Part shown: positions 1 to 12,864 of the stretch, piece by piece
Layout: each line of letters opens with the position of its first letter
How positions within the stretch are numbered: the stretch's first letter is position 1
The notes under the pieces: generated by a model
The model's database searches: none
What the model saw: the letters and a program-made list of their open reading frames with translations, nothing else
Told to the model about the DNA's origin: nothing
Translations under genes and position numbers: made by a program
Source of the DNA: Podarcis muralis
Lineage: Eukaryota
Assembly: GCF_964188315.1 (NCBI RefSeq)
Contig: NC_135667.1
Coordinates: forward strand, 26,164,001-26,228,000
DNA: 64,000 bases
Direction: 5' to 3'

Positions 1-1690
1 GAAACCCCCAAGGTTCCTTCACAATCCTGTTCCTTAGGGGCACACAGAAGTCTGAGATATGCCTCTGAAATCAGTCTGCACATCCTATAGACAGGTGATA
101 TCTGTGAGCGGAAAGTGGTGAGAGTAAGAGAGACTGAATATTGTTCACTCTTCAGTATTTTTTAATCAGAAATGTACTTGGAAATGAAAGGAAATTCCCC
201 TGTTTTAGAAAAATTATTTTATATTATTATTTTCTTCTTCATTTGAACAGTTAGGTGTGGAAAAACCACCAGACCCATCCACGTTTCCATCTCTTTCAAG
301 ATTTTATTTTGCTTCACTAAGAAATTTCAGCTGGCATTTCCTGCACTGGTGTTTATTTGTGTTCATTATGCTGGTAAGTGAGACTCTTTACTACAAAAAA
401 ATTAACAAGAGAAAGAACCAAGACTGTTTTACGCTATAGAAAGATCCACTATATTTTGACTTCAACTTGATCTACAATGCAGTTCTGTTTACTGTCTACT
501 CAGAAGTAAGTCCCACACGTTCAAAGGGACCTACTCCCAAATATGTGTCTATAACTTTAAAAGGTTTCTACAATAATTAATACTGCATGAATGCATACAC
601 AATAACCCTTCTAAGTAAAAGTGAGATTTATTAATCTATTGCTATCATGTTGGCTTCTCTGTGATAAAATGTATAAGGAAACAATCATGTATTAAGTACC
701 ACCGTATGCCAGTAACTTCAAAGACAGAATCACCATGGTCTTTAAGCCTCCCTTTTTGAAATAAATGTGACTGAAAAGCCTTTAATTTTGCGTGGACCAG
801 GTTCATACTTTTTTAAAAAATATATATTTTTAAAAAATAACTACTTCCCAAAATTTATTTATTAGGAACAGTTTCCAGAGGGAGAACTTATCTTTTCCAT
901 TGAAATACAATGGCACACACACAAAAAATCACTTCAGCCAGATTATGCAACATTAAAAATAACCGTGATTACATTCTGCAATTCATCTTTTCCACCAAAA
1001 TTCAGTGCTGTATTGTCTGGTTGTTGTTGGGTTTTTTGGTTTTTTTTAACTTAATTTAGATCACTTGAAGTTATATTTATGACAATAGCAGAAATGCTAT
1101 TTCTTCCAGCAGTTTTGTGCTAATATGAAAAGAATGCCCCACTATGCAATAACTCACTCCATGTGAACAAATTGCACTGTGATCACTGAGGCTACGTAGA
1201 GTAGAGCTATTTAAAACAGCCCTGATGTTGCAACGTTAATGTGCTAATCTTGACAATTGTTCCATGAAATCTTTGGATGTGGCTATTCAGAGAAATAATT
1301 TTTAACATGTGGCTTCTCAAAGATCCAGTGGTTTTCTGTCATCTCTTTCGCAGAAGCCATCTCTAAATGGTTTCTGTCCTGTGTTCTCCAGAGCAGCCTT
1401 CCCAAACCTTGTCATTTCCACATGCTGTTGGACAGCAAATCTTATAATCTCTAAGCATGTCAATGCTGGCTGGGGCTAATAGGAATTTTGTCTGAAACAT
1501 CATGAAGGCATCATGTTGACTAAGAATGTGAAACTTTTGCTTTCTAACAGTCTGATGACTACATACAATACTAACTAAACAAAATGCAATCTCACAGTGC
1601 TTTCTTGCTGCTTTTACTGTCAGCAGTAAATATGCAAATACTTTATTACTGCTTCAGTGATTGGAATTATTTCTTCCTATGTTATTTTAA

Positions 1691-2024
1691 GGGATGCAGG
1701 TGGCACTGTGGTCTAAACCAAAGAGCCTAGGGCTTGCCGGTCGGAAGGTCGGCAGTTCAAATCCCTGCAACGGGATGAGCTCCCGTTGCTTGGTCGCAGC
1801 TCCTGCCCACCTAGCAGTTCAAAAGCACGTCAAGTGCAAGTAGATAAATAGGTACTGTTCTGGTGGGAAGGTAAATGGCGTTTCTGTGCGCTGCTCTGGT
1901 TCACCAGAAGCAGCTTAGTCAAGCTGGCTATATAACTCAGAAGCTGTCTGCAGACAAACGTCGGCTCCTTCGGCCTATAGAGCAAGATGAGCGCTGCAAC
2001 CCCAGAGTCTTACCTTTACCTTTA
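1691..2024 (+). mobile_element. Sauria SINE (Squam1/POM-type)
   Basis: tRNA-like head gggatgcaggtggcactgtgg, (ACCTTT)n tail, and 14-bp TSD cctatgttatttta (1676-1689 and 2025-2038). Confidence 0.9.
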
Positions 2025-2038
2025 CCTATGTTATTTTA

Positions 2039-2291
2039 GAAGAAGAAGAAGAGTTTGGATTTGATATCCCGCCTTTCACTCCCTTTAAGGAGTCTCAAAG
2101 CGGCTAACAATCTCCTTTTCCCTTCCTCCCCCACAACAAACACTCTGTAAGGTGAGTGGGGCTGAGAGACTTCAAAGAAGTGTGACTGGCCCAAGGTCAC
2201 CCAGCAGCTGCATGTGGAGGAGCGGAGACGCGAACCCGGTTCCCCAGATTACGAGACTACTGCTCTTAACCACTACACCACACTGGCTCTC
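2039..2291 (-). mobile_element. tRNA-derived squamate SINE (Squam3-like)
   Basis: Reverse complement begins gagagccagtggtgtggtgtagtggttaagagc and ends ...gatatcaaatccaaactc(ttc)n; paralogous to 3527 and 37883. Confidence 0.85.
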
Positions 2292-2354
2292 TTTTAAGCT
2301 TCCATTAACACATTTTGCATTCTTTTCTTCTTCCAGAAGAGTCAAACAAGAGCA

Positions 2355-3299
2355 ATGAATGCTACAAGAGAGAATGGATTTGTCCTCTTGGGTTTAATGA
2401 ATCATCCTGACCTGCAACTGTTTTTGTTCATTGTGTTTCTATTGGTTTACATAATAATAGTGTTGGGGAACATGCTCATTTTCATCATGGTCATAGCAGA
2501 TCCATCACTTCACACACCAATGTATTTCTTTCTGAAGGTCTTGTCTTTCCTGGACATTTGCTGCTCTTCGGTGACCCTCCCCCTAATGCTGGTTAATTTC
2601 CTATCAGAGAATAAGAGAATTTCCTACACTGGATGTGCCACACAAATGTTCTTCTTGCTTTTCTTAGCGTCATCAGAATGCTTCCTCCTGGCTTTTATGG
2701 CCTATGACCGTTACGTGGCCATATGCAAACCACTGAGATACATGACCATCATGAACCAGAAAGTTTGCCTTTCACTGACTGTCCTCTCGTGGTTTATGGG
2801 CAACTTGGTGTCTCTGCTTCAGACAGCTTGGGTCTTCACTCTGCCATTCTGTGGATCAAACAAAATTAATTATTTTTTCTGTGATATCCCTCCACTCCTC
2901 AAGCTTTCATGCATTGACACTTCTTTGTATGAAATGCAGCTCTTTACAGCTGCCATCCTAGTTATTTTCACCCCCTTTTCCCTTATCATTGTGTCCTACT
3001 CTCTGATTATTTCCAATGTCCTGAAGATGACATCTTCAGAAGGGCGTCAGAAAGCTTTCTCCACCTGCTCTTCTCATGTCTTGGTGGTGACACTGTACTA
3101 TGGGAGTGGCAGCTTGATTTATCTAAGGCCCAAATCACTTAATGCTCAGGATAGTGACAAATACTTGGCTTTAGTGTACACCACCATCACGCCCATGCTG
3201 AACCCTATTATCTATGCCCTAAGGAATAAGGAAGTAAATGGTGCCATTAAGAGGATGGTGACCAAGACCATGAACAGAGAATTATTTTTTCACAGATGA
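2355..3299 (+). CDS. Olfactory receptor, class II, family 10-like (314 aa)
   Basis: Intact ORF with OR motifs [28 protein letters not shown] and PMLNPIIY..RNKEV; N-glycosylation site NAT; polypyrimidine tract and AG at 2335-2336 just upstream of the ATG. Confidence 0.96.
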   Translation: MNATRENGFVLLGLMNHPDLQLFLFIVFLLVYIIIVLGNMLIFIMVIADPSLHTPMYFFLKVLSFLDICCSSVTLPLMLVNFLSENKRISYTGCATQMFFLLFLASSECFLLAFMAYDRYVAICKPLRYMTIMNQKVCLSLTVLSWFMGNLVSLLQTAWVFTLPFCGSNKINYFFCDIPPLLKLSCIDTSLYEMQLFTAAILVIFTPFSLIIVSYSLIISNVLKMTSSEGRQKAFSTCSSHVLVVTLYYGSGSLIYLRPKSLNAQDSDKYLALVYTTITPMLNPIIYALRNKEVNGAIKRMVTKTMNRELFFHR

Positions 3300-3526
3300 T
3301 CATTCATTCATCATAATGTTTGGAAGGAATAAAGATAAATTAGTATACTTTTGATTGCCGGTACTATATAATTTCCACAGATTGAGCATGACCAGAATGT
3401 ATAAAGTGATGTCTAAAAGAAGCACAAAAGACAGTTCCTGCTCCTAGTAAACAGCATGCTGAAATTGGATTTTGTCATACAGACAGCTAGCTCAATTGTT
3501 CCCCATTCAAAGAACAGATGAAAAGA

Positions 3527-3761
3527 GAGTTTGGATTTGATATCCCGCTTTATCACGACCTGAAGGAGTCTCAAAGCAGCTAACATTCTCCTTTCCCTTC
3601 CTCCCCCACAACAAACACTCTGTGAGGTGAGTAGGGCTGAGAGACTTCAGAGAAGTGTGACTAGCCCAAAGTCACTCAGCAGCTGCACGTGGAGGAGCGG
3701 AGACGCGAACCCGGTTCCCCAGATTACAAGTCTACCACTCTTAACCACTACACCACACTGG
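3527..3761 (-). mobile_element. tRNA-derived squamate SINE (Squam3-like)
   Basis: Near-full copy of the element at 2039, in the same orientation. Confidence 0.85.
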
Positions 3762-4790
3762 AGAGTATTGGATTTTGTTGTTGTTGTTCATGCATAACTT
3801 AGTCTTAGCCATTCAAAGCACAGACCCAAACAGCAAATACTTAATTGAATCACAACTAGGTACAGTGTACATCATGGAAACCTGCCCCTTCTGTTCTGTT
3901 TTCCCTTACAAAAAAGTGGGATATATGAGAGGGGGTGGAGATACATAAAAACATGCAAAAATTCCTTGAAATTGTAAAAAGATGTAATAAAAATAACCAC
4001 AATACAATGAAAATAGCTTTAAGATGGAGTTGTATCAGACTAACATAAATCATATTCAATGACTAGTAAGTATGCAGTATAAATTTAAAACAATCCCGAT
4101 TTACCCCAAATAATCATTTGAGATGTAGCTTATTAAGAGTTTTGAAAGTTGTTAGGAGACCCACTACTACAGTGATGGCAAACCTTTTAGAGACTGAGTG
4201 CCCAAACTGCAACCCAAAACTCACTTATTTATCGCAAAGTGCCAACATGGCAATTTAACCAGTATATCCCTTTTTTCTGTTTTTCACTTTTCTTCTTTGT
4301 AACTGCTGTTGTAATAAATAATCCTTCATAAAAGTTATTGCATTACATTCTTCATTAAATTATTCTTTCCATTGATATATAATTTTATGGTATAACTCAG
4401 TGCTTTTTTTTTTCCTTCTAAAAAAAGTCTCATTTTGAGTCAAGGAAATCACCACCGGGGAAAAATAAATACAGTTCAAATCAGGAAGAATAAATACAGT
4501 GAATTTCTTCTCCCGTTAAATTTACAAAATGTTTAGGGGTATGCGTCCCCGTGCGTCCCCACAGAAAAAAAAGCACTGGTATTACTCCCAGACAAAGTGG
4601 TTTTATGAGCCATCAAACCACGGAAATACGTTTTTTTCAGAAGGTTTCACAATTTTGGCCACTAGTGTACACTGGAGGGCTGTACTAAAAGCCACCCTCT
4701 CCCAATTCTTAATATGATATAATAATGATTGTCTGTGTGTGCACGTACAAATAAATATAAATAAAGAAATAAACCCAGCCAGGTGGGCAG

Positions 4791-4831
<41 letters not shown>

Positions 4832-5175
4832 GTTGTTATTTGCCATTTCTTCAGCTGTCATTTGATCACAGCCTCCACAGAATGAATTTCTCTGTTGGCT
4901 TCTGCAGGAAAGCCCAGTGAACATGTAAACCCAACAGCCCCTTCTTAGGCTGCCATCTTTATATGCTTACTGACCTGGGAGTTAAGCCCTGCTGAACTCA
5001 AGGTGGCTTACTCCTGAGGAGGAAAAACAGACTGGCGGGAGGCCCTGGCGCATCAAAAGTCAATGCCTGCTCAGCCCCTCGCTCGCTCGCCAGGCCCTGG
5101 TACCACAGGCTTTGGACAGTGCGTGCGAGCCCTCCTCTCCTCCTCCTCCTCCTCTGCCACTGGCACAGAAGTTAT

Positions 5176-5624
5176 TGTTAGAATTCCTGCTCCATCATTG
5201 CAGTCAGTGAGGTCTGCGTGGGATTAATGTCTATCACATGTTTTGACTCCACAGAGTGGGAAGTGATGGAGACAGGATATTTGTGTTACTGTGTTCCGTG
5301 AAGTGGGACTATTGCCCTTTGTTCTTTTTCTCTTTCCTGTCTGATGCTAGAGAGAGGGGGAGCCATGCTGCAGTGCTCTGTGTGTGTTTATAAGTAAATA
5401 AAGTAGATTAGCCCAAATACTGAGTTGCTGAGGTCTGTCACACAAAGTGCGCAAACTTTGCGGATCTCTAAGTGTGCTGGTCTCGGTTGGCATCGGTTGC
5501 TGCGATGTTCAGGCTGAAGAAAGCTTATGAAGCTCCCGAACGATCAACCAGGAGGGAGGGAACATGCCAGTTGGGCATGTGTCTCTGCGAGGGTCCTACT
5601 CGAGTGTAAGCTGAACTCCTGACA
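5176..5624 (+). mobile_element. Solo LTR (Gypsy-like)
   Basis: TG...CA ends (tgttagaattc ... gaactcctgaca), AATAAA near 5396 and 449 bp long; flanks gttat/attac form only an imperfect TSD. Confidence 0.6.
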
Positions 5625-6694
5625 ATTACGGCCCTGCTGGGATGACAGCGCACGTGCCCACAGAGAGGGCACTCAGAATGTGCCATAGGTGCCATAGGTC
5701 CGCCACCACTGCCCTATGACATGCCCTCTAACATCCTGCAGAGGGAAATTGGGATGCACGTCTTTTGGGGGTGCACTCTCCATGAAAGTCACATGACTTA
5801 CATGAGAGCAATGTGGATCCTTCAGGGCAGGGAGGAGCCTTCCTCACCTAGAGGGGCTGTCCATAAAGTAGTTGCTCATGGGTGGTGGAGAATCATGTGG
5901 GGAACATGACAGGAGAAAAATGAAGTCTCATATACAGCATTATATGTTCCCCAAAGGAAGCCAGCAGGGAGGAGGATAAGGCATGCCCTGCTGCCAGTGG
6001 CTCTTTAGGTTGTGAAATGCTTCCATAACCATGAAGTACTTTATGGACTATCAGTGCTGGAACGCTGCCAGGCTAACACTCCCTGCTCAGCTTCCATACT
6101 TCTGCCAGTCACCTTGGAGATGGGCAGCCATGCCAGGGCAGGGCATTCCCTGCTTGCTAGGAGACACTGGCAGCTCAGGAAAAAGGTGGCAGGGAGTGGC
6201 AGGTAATGCTGAGTGGAACCTCCCCATGAATCAGTGGCATAGTGGGGGGGGGGGCTGTGACCCCAGGCACATTTTTTGAGGGGGCATGACCAGGTGCCCC
6301 TGCAACAGGCTCCCTTAGAGCCTGGCACTTGTGCCAACTCCAGAGGGCCCTAGGGGGCTGGGCACCCACAAAATGTTGTTCTGGGTGCCTGGCACCCTCC
6401 CATCACCGCCACCCTTCACCGCCATTGTGACATGCTGCCCACTGCTGCCCAGTCTTCGTCCCCTTGCTGCCAGCTGCCGCCTTACCTCTGGCGCTCTGCC
6501 ACTGTGGCCCCAGACCAGTTGCCACCAGTTGCAGCACTAAAGAAAAAAAGAAACAGAAGCCTAGCAGAGAGCTGATATTTGATGGTGCACTAGGTAAAGA
6601 GTCATCTGGAAGAGCACGTTAGCTGTCCTCTGTGTTTTTTAAGCTAAAGAGTTATGACAAGTATAGTAATTTAAATACAAGTATGCTCCTTTAT

Positions 6695-7053
6695 GAGGGA
6701 CGCGGGTGGCGCTGTGGGTTAAAGCCTCAGCGCCTAGGACTTGCCGATCGAAAGGTCGGCGGTTCGAATCCCCGCAGCGGGGTGCGCTCCCGTTGCTCGG
6801 TCCCAGAGCCTGCCAACGTAGCAGTTCGAAAGCACCCCCGGGTGCAAGTAGATAAATAGGGACCGCTTACCAGCGGGAAGGTAAACGCCGTTCCGTGTGC
6901 TGCGCTGGCTCGCCAGATATAGCTTGTCACGCTGGCCATGTGACCCGGAAGTGTCTGCGGACAGCGCTGGCTCCCGGCCTATAGAGTGAGATGAGCGCAC
7001 TACCCTAGAGTCTGGCAAGACTGGCCCGTATGGGCAGGGGTACCTTTACCTTT
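6695..7053 (+). mobile_element. Sauria SINE, young full-length copy
   Basis: CpG-rich, with ACCTTT tail and perfect 13-bp TSD tatgctcctttat (6682-6694 and 7054-7066). Confidence 0.93.
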
Positions 7054-7531
7054 TATGCTCCTTTATAAAATATATCAATTAAGAAACCACAAAACATAGC
7101 AGGCTTATGCAGTCTGCATGCATTTCTGCAGTGCAAAGGGACATTTTCCACACCATTACACAGTTTAACATGTTTATTCATTTACATAATTAGATCATTA
7201 TTACTTTTGTTATATAAAAAATAGACTAGCTGTAGTGAAAATGTAGGTTACAGGTTGTATGCAGTCCCTGGTAGGGTTGCCATATTTTGAAGAGCAAAAA
7301 GTCCTGGGGAAAAAGGACATATGGTAGCCCTTTGTGACAGTTATGTCAAAAACAGTTTCTATGGTGCTATACAGTATGAGCTGCAACTGACTGCTTCCAA
7401 AATTGTTTCTGTCTGTTGTCTAAAGGAACTGCCTGCATATTTCTTTTTTCTAACAGCCAGGACTATATCAATATCTGTTCCTCAACTGACATTAGGAAAT
7501 CTCCATGTTGTCCGTAACACATCTTTGTAGT

Positions 7532-8467
7532 CTATGAGAAGATTTTCTGACCAAGAATTCTCTTCATGGCTTCCTTCACTTCACGGTTCCTCAGAGTGTA
7601 GATAATGGGGTTTAGCATGGGTGTGAGGACTGCATAAAATAGAGACAGCATTTTTTTTACTTCTGGGGAATAGTTGGAGTTGGGTCTCAGATAGACAATG
7701 CTCCCACTTCCATAGAACAATGTCACCACAATGAGATGAGATGAGCAAGTGGAGAAGGCTTTGTGTCTGCCCTCTGCTGAAGATATTCTGAGGATGGTGG
7801 TAATGATGCGTATGTAGGAGATCAGGATGAGTACAAAAGGAAACATGAGGAACAAGAGCGTAGAGGCAATGGCTTGCATTTCAAATAAGTAAGTATCAGC
7901 ACAAACTAACTTCAGTACTGGTGGCACATCACAGAAAAAGTGATTGACCTCTTTGGGTCCACAAAAGGGGAGACTAAAGATCCAAGCTGCCTGCAAGAGT
8001 GATACGGGAATGCCAATGACCCACACCCCACCCAGCAACTTGTGGCAGAAATTCCTGTTCATGACAGTGGCATAGTGCAAGGGATTACAGATAGCAACAT
8101 AGCGGTCATAGGACATGGCAGCTAAAATGAAACACTCAGCACATCCAAAATAGAAGAAGCCAGACATTTGAATGGCACAGCCGATGTAAGAAATACTTTT
8201 ATGCTTCAGCAGAAGGTTGACTAGCATTTTAGGGATTGTGTCTAAAGTGAAGCAGATCTCAATGAAGGACAAGTTCCTCAGGAAGAAGTACATTGGAGAT
8301 TGAAGAGCTGGATCTATCATGACAACCACAATGATGAGGACGTTCCCAGTCACTGTCACAATGTACATCATCAAGACTAGGGGAAACAAAAACAGCTCTA
8401 TATTTGGCATGGTTGAAAAACCAACGAGGATAAATTCCATCACACTTGTTTGGTTTTTCCACTTCAT
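7532..8467 (-). CDS. Olfactory receptor, OR10A7-like (311 aa from MKWKNQT)
   Basis: Motifs LQSPMYFFLRNLSF, MSYDRY, KAFSTCSSH and PMLNPIIY. EMQAIASTLLFLMFPF resembles OR10A7 as I recall it. The track start at 8515 crosses a splice acceptor at 8498-8499, so 8467 is preferred. Confidence 0.95.
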   Translation of the reverse strand: MKWKNQTSVMEFILVGFSTMPNIELFLFPLVLMMYIVTVTGNVLIIVVVMIDPALQSPMYFFLRNLSFIEICFTLDTIPKMLVNLLLKHKSISYIGCAIQMSGFFYFGCAECFILAAMSYDRYVAICNPLHYATVMNRNFCHKLLGGVWVIGIPVSLLQAAWIFSLPFCGPKEVNHFFCDVPPVLKLVCADTYLFEMQAIASTLLFLMFPFVLILISYIRIITTILRISSAEGRHKAFSTCSSHLIVVTLFYGSGSIVYLRPNSNYSPEVKKMLSLFYAVLTPMLNPIIYTLRNREVKEAMKRILGQKIFS

Positions 8468-9257
8468 TTCTTCAAGATTATTGGATTGGATTATATACTG
8501 AAGGCAAAGCAACAAACAAAGAGATTAATAGCTATTTAATACATTTTGCACTGGTTCTATTAAATTGATTTACAGTGCAACCCCAATCCCGTGATCTGTT
8601 TGGCTGGGGTGGATTAGGATAATGTGGAGGTGACCAGATAATAACTTTTTAATGTCCCACTTCAATCAATCAATTCTTTTTTCACATATTCAAAATACAA
8701 ACTTCAAACTTCATCCTTATGCTTTAATTTACATCATGTTGCCTTAGTGTTTTACATTTGCTTGTCATAATTTAAAGTTACAATTCAAAGTTTATTCTAA
8801 AGCCTAACATTTATATAACAGTTGTAGGGAGCTAGCTTTTCCAAAAATGCTTAATATTCTCCATGTCATTTGTTATACCGCTTCTTTTAGCTTTTCATTT
8901 TTGTCAAGACTGAATTTCATTGAACATTTCTATTTTTAAAAAAAGAAGATAAATACCTTTAAGTTGATTTTTATTTTAGGCAAATAGTTCAAAAAACAAA
9001 TCAATTTCCATCAATCCTTAAATGTATTTACTTTTGTACAATAAAATGTCTTAACTGAAAGGACTGAAAAGATATATACCCTCCTCTAAAAAGACAGTTT
9101 GCAAAGTACATGTCCCAATTCATGGCCATATTTTATGTGGTTGCAGCCAAGGAAGTGGTGATACTGCACATCTATCTGCCTCTCCATTAGCTTGGATCTA
9201 GCAGCACTCATTTCAGTGAGAGATGAGACACAGAGGCTTCCGTCATCATCTTCTCTA

Positions 9258-9519
9258 AAAGGTAAAGGTACCCCTGCCCGTACGGGCCAGTCTTGACAGA
9301 CTCTAGGGTTGTGCGCCCATCTCACTCAAGAGGCCGGGGGCCAGCACTGTCTGGAGACACTTCCGGGTCACATGGCCAGCGTGCCATCGCTGCTCTGGCG
9401 AGCCAGAGCCGCACACGGAAACTCCGTTTACCTTCCCACTAGTAAGCGGTACCTATTTATCTACTTGCACTTAGGGGTGCTTTCGAACTGCTAGGTTGGC
9501 AGGCGCTGGGACCGAACAA
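9258..9519 (-). mobile_element. Sauria SINE, 5'-truncated
   Basis: aaaggtaaaggt tail; head missing; 8-bp TSD cttctcta (9250-9257 and 9520-9527). Confidence 0.9.
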
Positions 9520-11449
9520 CTTCTCTAGGACCAACTAAAATATTGCTTAAATTAATAGTTTAACTTATTGCAAAGGAGGGTAGTGTTCCTGTATCTTTCA
9601 TTGCCATGCAAAATTGTTGCTAGATTAAAAGAAGGTCTACTTGCTATTAGAGGCTCAGTATTGCTGTCTTATTTTGCATCTGGTCACCCTAACTACTCTT
9701 TCAGTGTTAATATTCATCAGCACACCTAATCACAAATCAGCTACTGTACATTGCTATGAGATCATTTGCAGATGAGGAACAGGCACCCCTTCAGATGTGA
9801 CTTCAACTGCCCTCAGCACAAGGCAGCATGGCCATTGGTCAAGGCCGATATGTGTCAAAGTACAAAACGTTATGAGCCACAGGTTCCCCATCCCTTTGAT
9901 AACTCTATTAACATTACAATCCGATCCATGTTTACTCAGAGATAAGACCAATTGTGCTGAAGGGGACTTACACACTGTGCATCCAGTGGAAACAGGGATG
10001 CCACTCATTTGTAAGTGAAGACAATACAGTTCCAAGTGAGAGAAAAAGAGAGCCAACCCCATTCTACTAAAACCTGAAAATAGGCAATAAGAGAATCTAA
10101 ATTATTTGTGCACTTGTACTTCTCCTTTCATACCATTGGAGCCAACTCCTAGGGGCTATGATACCCTTCACAATCAAGCAATTCTCACCTACCTCTTAAA
10201 TGTGAAAGAAAGTTCTGTGTTAGCAAAGCAGGCGCTGCTTGGTCACCTCAGTCACTGTGATTATTTAGAGCATAATTTCCAAGCCATTCTTCACTTGAGA
10301 ATATAAAGACAACACTATTAAAAAGTCCTTGCAGGCCTTGATTTACATTATCTTTAGAGTTCTAAATCTTGTTCATACTTTTGAATTTCCATAGTTCTGT
10401 TAAACTACTAGTGAATAGGATAATTAATCCCTTACTGACATAAAAGCTTCGGAAATTATTTCTTATGGTAGTTATACTTTGCGTTTCTTAGCAGGAATTA
10501 AGGATATGGAGGCTGCCCTCACCTTCATATTTAATTAGAAATGTGCTATATATTTTTAAAGGAGCAGAATGCTGTATCACCTTAGTCCCCAAAGGTAAAT
10601 GTATCATTTGGGGATACGTTTGTTTCCTAGTAGAATAAACAGAACTAGGACAGGTTTCTACTAGTTCCAAATCTACATTACCTCATTTCTTCATTCACAC
10701 TATTAGAGATCAGAAAAGGGATGCCTGTTGGGGGAAGGGGCAGAATTTGAAGCAATGTGTTTGATGATGCAAGCACCTTTGAACCAATTGTATTGAGCAG
10801 AATTGAAGTGGTGACAATTTGAGGCGGACACTTTTGGACTGTTAATAATAATAATTCATCATGGGAGGGGGAGAAAATAGCACAAATCTGCATAAAATTT
10901 GCATATGGTTATTAATATGTATAGATGCAAATTAATGCATTGTCACTAAAACGTAAATAGAAACATGACATCTCATCATTTTGGGGAGGACACTAGGTGA
11001 TGTGTGCTATCCAGGTGTTTTTGATTGGCAACTTCAAGCTCTCTTGTTATGGTTCATCATAATTTTTATATTTGACAGTTCAAATCCAGAACTGCCCTCT
11101 TGACAGCTCTTCAAGATAAAGTGTGTGGTGGGGAGGGTATGAACCGAACGAGTACATGTCCACACTGAAGCCACCTCTGATGCCATCATCTAAAGCACAG
11201 TGAAATTTGTTGTGTCAGGGGGTAAATGGCTAGCAACATACTGGAATACCGCAGAGTCCATGTGTACTCCAGTCATAGTTTTGTTGTCATTCAGAACATT
11301 TCCAAACATAAACGGTTTCATGTGTAGTTTCCACAGTCTCTTTAAGTTACTGAAACAGTAACTTTAAGTTACTGTTGATCAATGTTCAGAAGTAAACAAT
11401 GAAACTTTCAGGTTCTAAGCCTTTTTCAAGGAAGTAGGCCATGATCAAG

Positions 11450-11512
11450 TTTATCCACTCAGCCCCAAAATTTATCCACTCAGCCCCAAAATTTATCCAC
11501 TAAGCCCCAAAT
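11450..11512. repeat. Tandem repeat, 21 bp x3 (tttatccactcagccccaaaa)
   Basis: Read directly; one mismatch in the third unit. Confidence 0.95.
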
Positions 11513-12437
11513 TTTCTCTTTCAGTGATCTGGTGTAAAGATCTGTTCACATAATATGGTTACTACAATACAATACAATACAATACAATACAATCTGGGGA
11601 ACATATTAATTGGGATACATTCCTTGTGTCTAATTCTCATGGGACAGAAGACTTATAATGCACCAGAACTCCGTTTGATTTTAGAATTCATTCATGCTAC
11701 TGGAAACTCATAGTGAACAATTGTCTGCTCCCATTGGTAGCCTGGACTAGGAATATCCCTTTGGGAATCACCAATGGGGATAATGACTGTTGATGTTCCA
11801 TGGCCTCTACTGATGCCACATTTTTCCTCTGACTTTTGTTCCTGGGTATATATAATTAGCTGTGTAATTAGCTTTTCATAAAGAATTTTGGTCTCTAAAA
11901 ATCCAAGGCTGATGCTTTAGTATTTATTTATTTTTAAATAAAGACAGAAGTTACAAATAGAGAACTATATTTCGTTTCATCAATGGCAACTTTCATCGGG
12001 TGTTGCTGTGAAGCCAATGTCCATTACTGAGCCATATAAATACTCATTACTGAAATTCAACAATAATTAGTTTGCAGGATGTTGGTTTACTGCCCCTAGA
12101 TTATGGACTACGTGCTTTGAACTCTAACAGGAATACAATTTGTTGAACTATTTTGTTTTCCAGATGTTTTGAACTACTCAGCTCCTAAATGGAAGCCTGA
12201 TAAGTACAGATAAAGGAACATTTCCAAGTTGGAATAACGGAATAAAAATGTTTGATAACTTCTGCTTATAAAATCATCAATGAAATAGAATCATGAAAAA
12301 TGTCAGATGTCATCTGTCAAAGCAACTAAGACAATCATAGTTATTGAGAAGAATGGATTTTGCTTCCAGTTGGAAAGTGGAGTTATTGGTATTGCGCTTC
12401 TGTGTACTGTTACCCGGGATTGCAGTTTAATTTTTTA

Positions 12438-12864
12438 ATGAGCTGACCTAACCAGACTATGTTCAATGAGTTCATTCTTTTTGGGTTTGCCAATCTGGGA
12501 CAGCTTCAGGCCCTCCTCTTCGTTCTGTTTCTTGTACTGTATTCTATCTAGTGACTTTGATAGGAAACATATTCATAATTCTGCTAACAAGCTGGACCCC
12601 ATCTTGCACAGCCCTATGTACTACTTCCTCCAAAACCTGTCCTTGGCAGAAGTTGAGTTCACATCAGCTATTGTCCCTAAGTTGCTTGTGGACCTTCTCT
12701 CTGAGACAAAGGCTATCTCCTTTTTTGAATGAAGGGCACAAATATATTGTGCCGTCTTCTTTGGGAGCCTAGAGTGTGTCATATTATTAGTTATGGCATA
12801 CGATTGCTTTGTCTCTATTTGCAACCCGCTGCATTATACTGTCATAATTAATAGGAATCCTTAA
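12438..12864 (+). pseudogene. Truncated OR pseudogene (family 10-like), N-terminus to just after TM3
   Basis: Reads MS*PNQTMFNEFILFGFANLGQLQ...; after frameshifts IYLVTLIGNIFII and LDPILHSPMYYFLQNLSLAEV...VPKLL...SFFE*RAQ...MAYDCFVSICNPLHY. It has at least two in-frame stops and two frameshifts, and no TM4-7 follows. Confidence 0.9.

Noticed and set aside
1691-1780. tRNA-like A/B boxes at SINE heads
   Set aside because: They continue into SINE bodies and tails and do not form complete cloverleaves, so they are not tRNA genes.
6632-7018. Recurring ORFs of the MASVTS.IWRASAAHG type (also 9309, 27391 and 47036)
   Set aside because: All lie inside Sauria SINE copies.
8640-9080. AT-rich stretches resembling L1 3' ends (also about 18500-18770, 28170-28400, 44400-44600 and 56800-57000)
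   Set aside because: They are probably decayed L1, but boundaries and identity cannot be fixed from the sequence alone.
6695-9519. Inverted Sauria SINEs flanking the minus-strand OR suggested a SINE-mediated inversion
   Set aside because: Both SINEs keep their own matching TSDs on each side; an inversion between them would have swapped the inner flanks.
11450-11512. Short regular repeats (also 18838-18895) as CRISPR-like arrays
   Set aside because: The units are contiguous with no spacers, and the context is eukaryotic.
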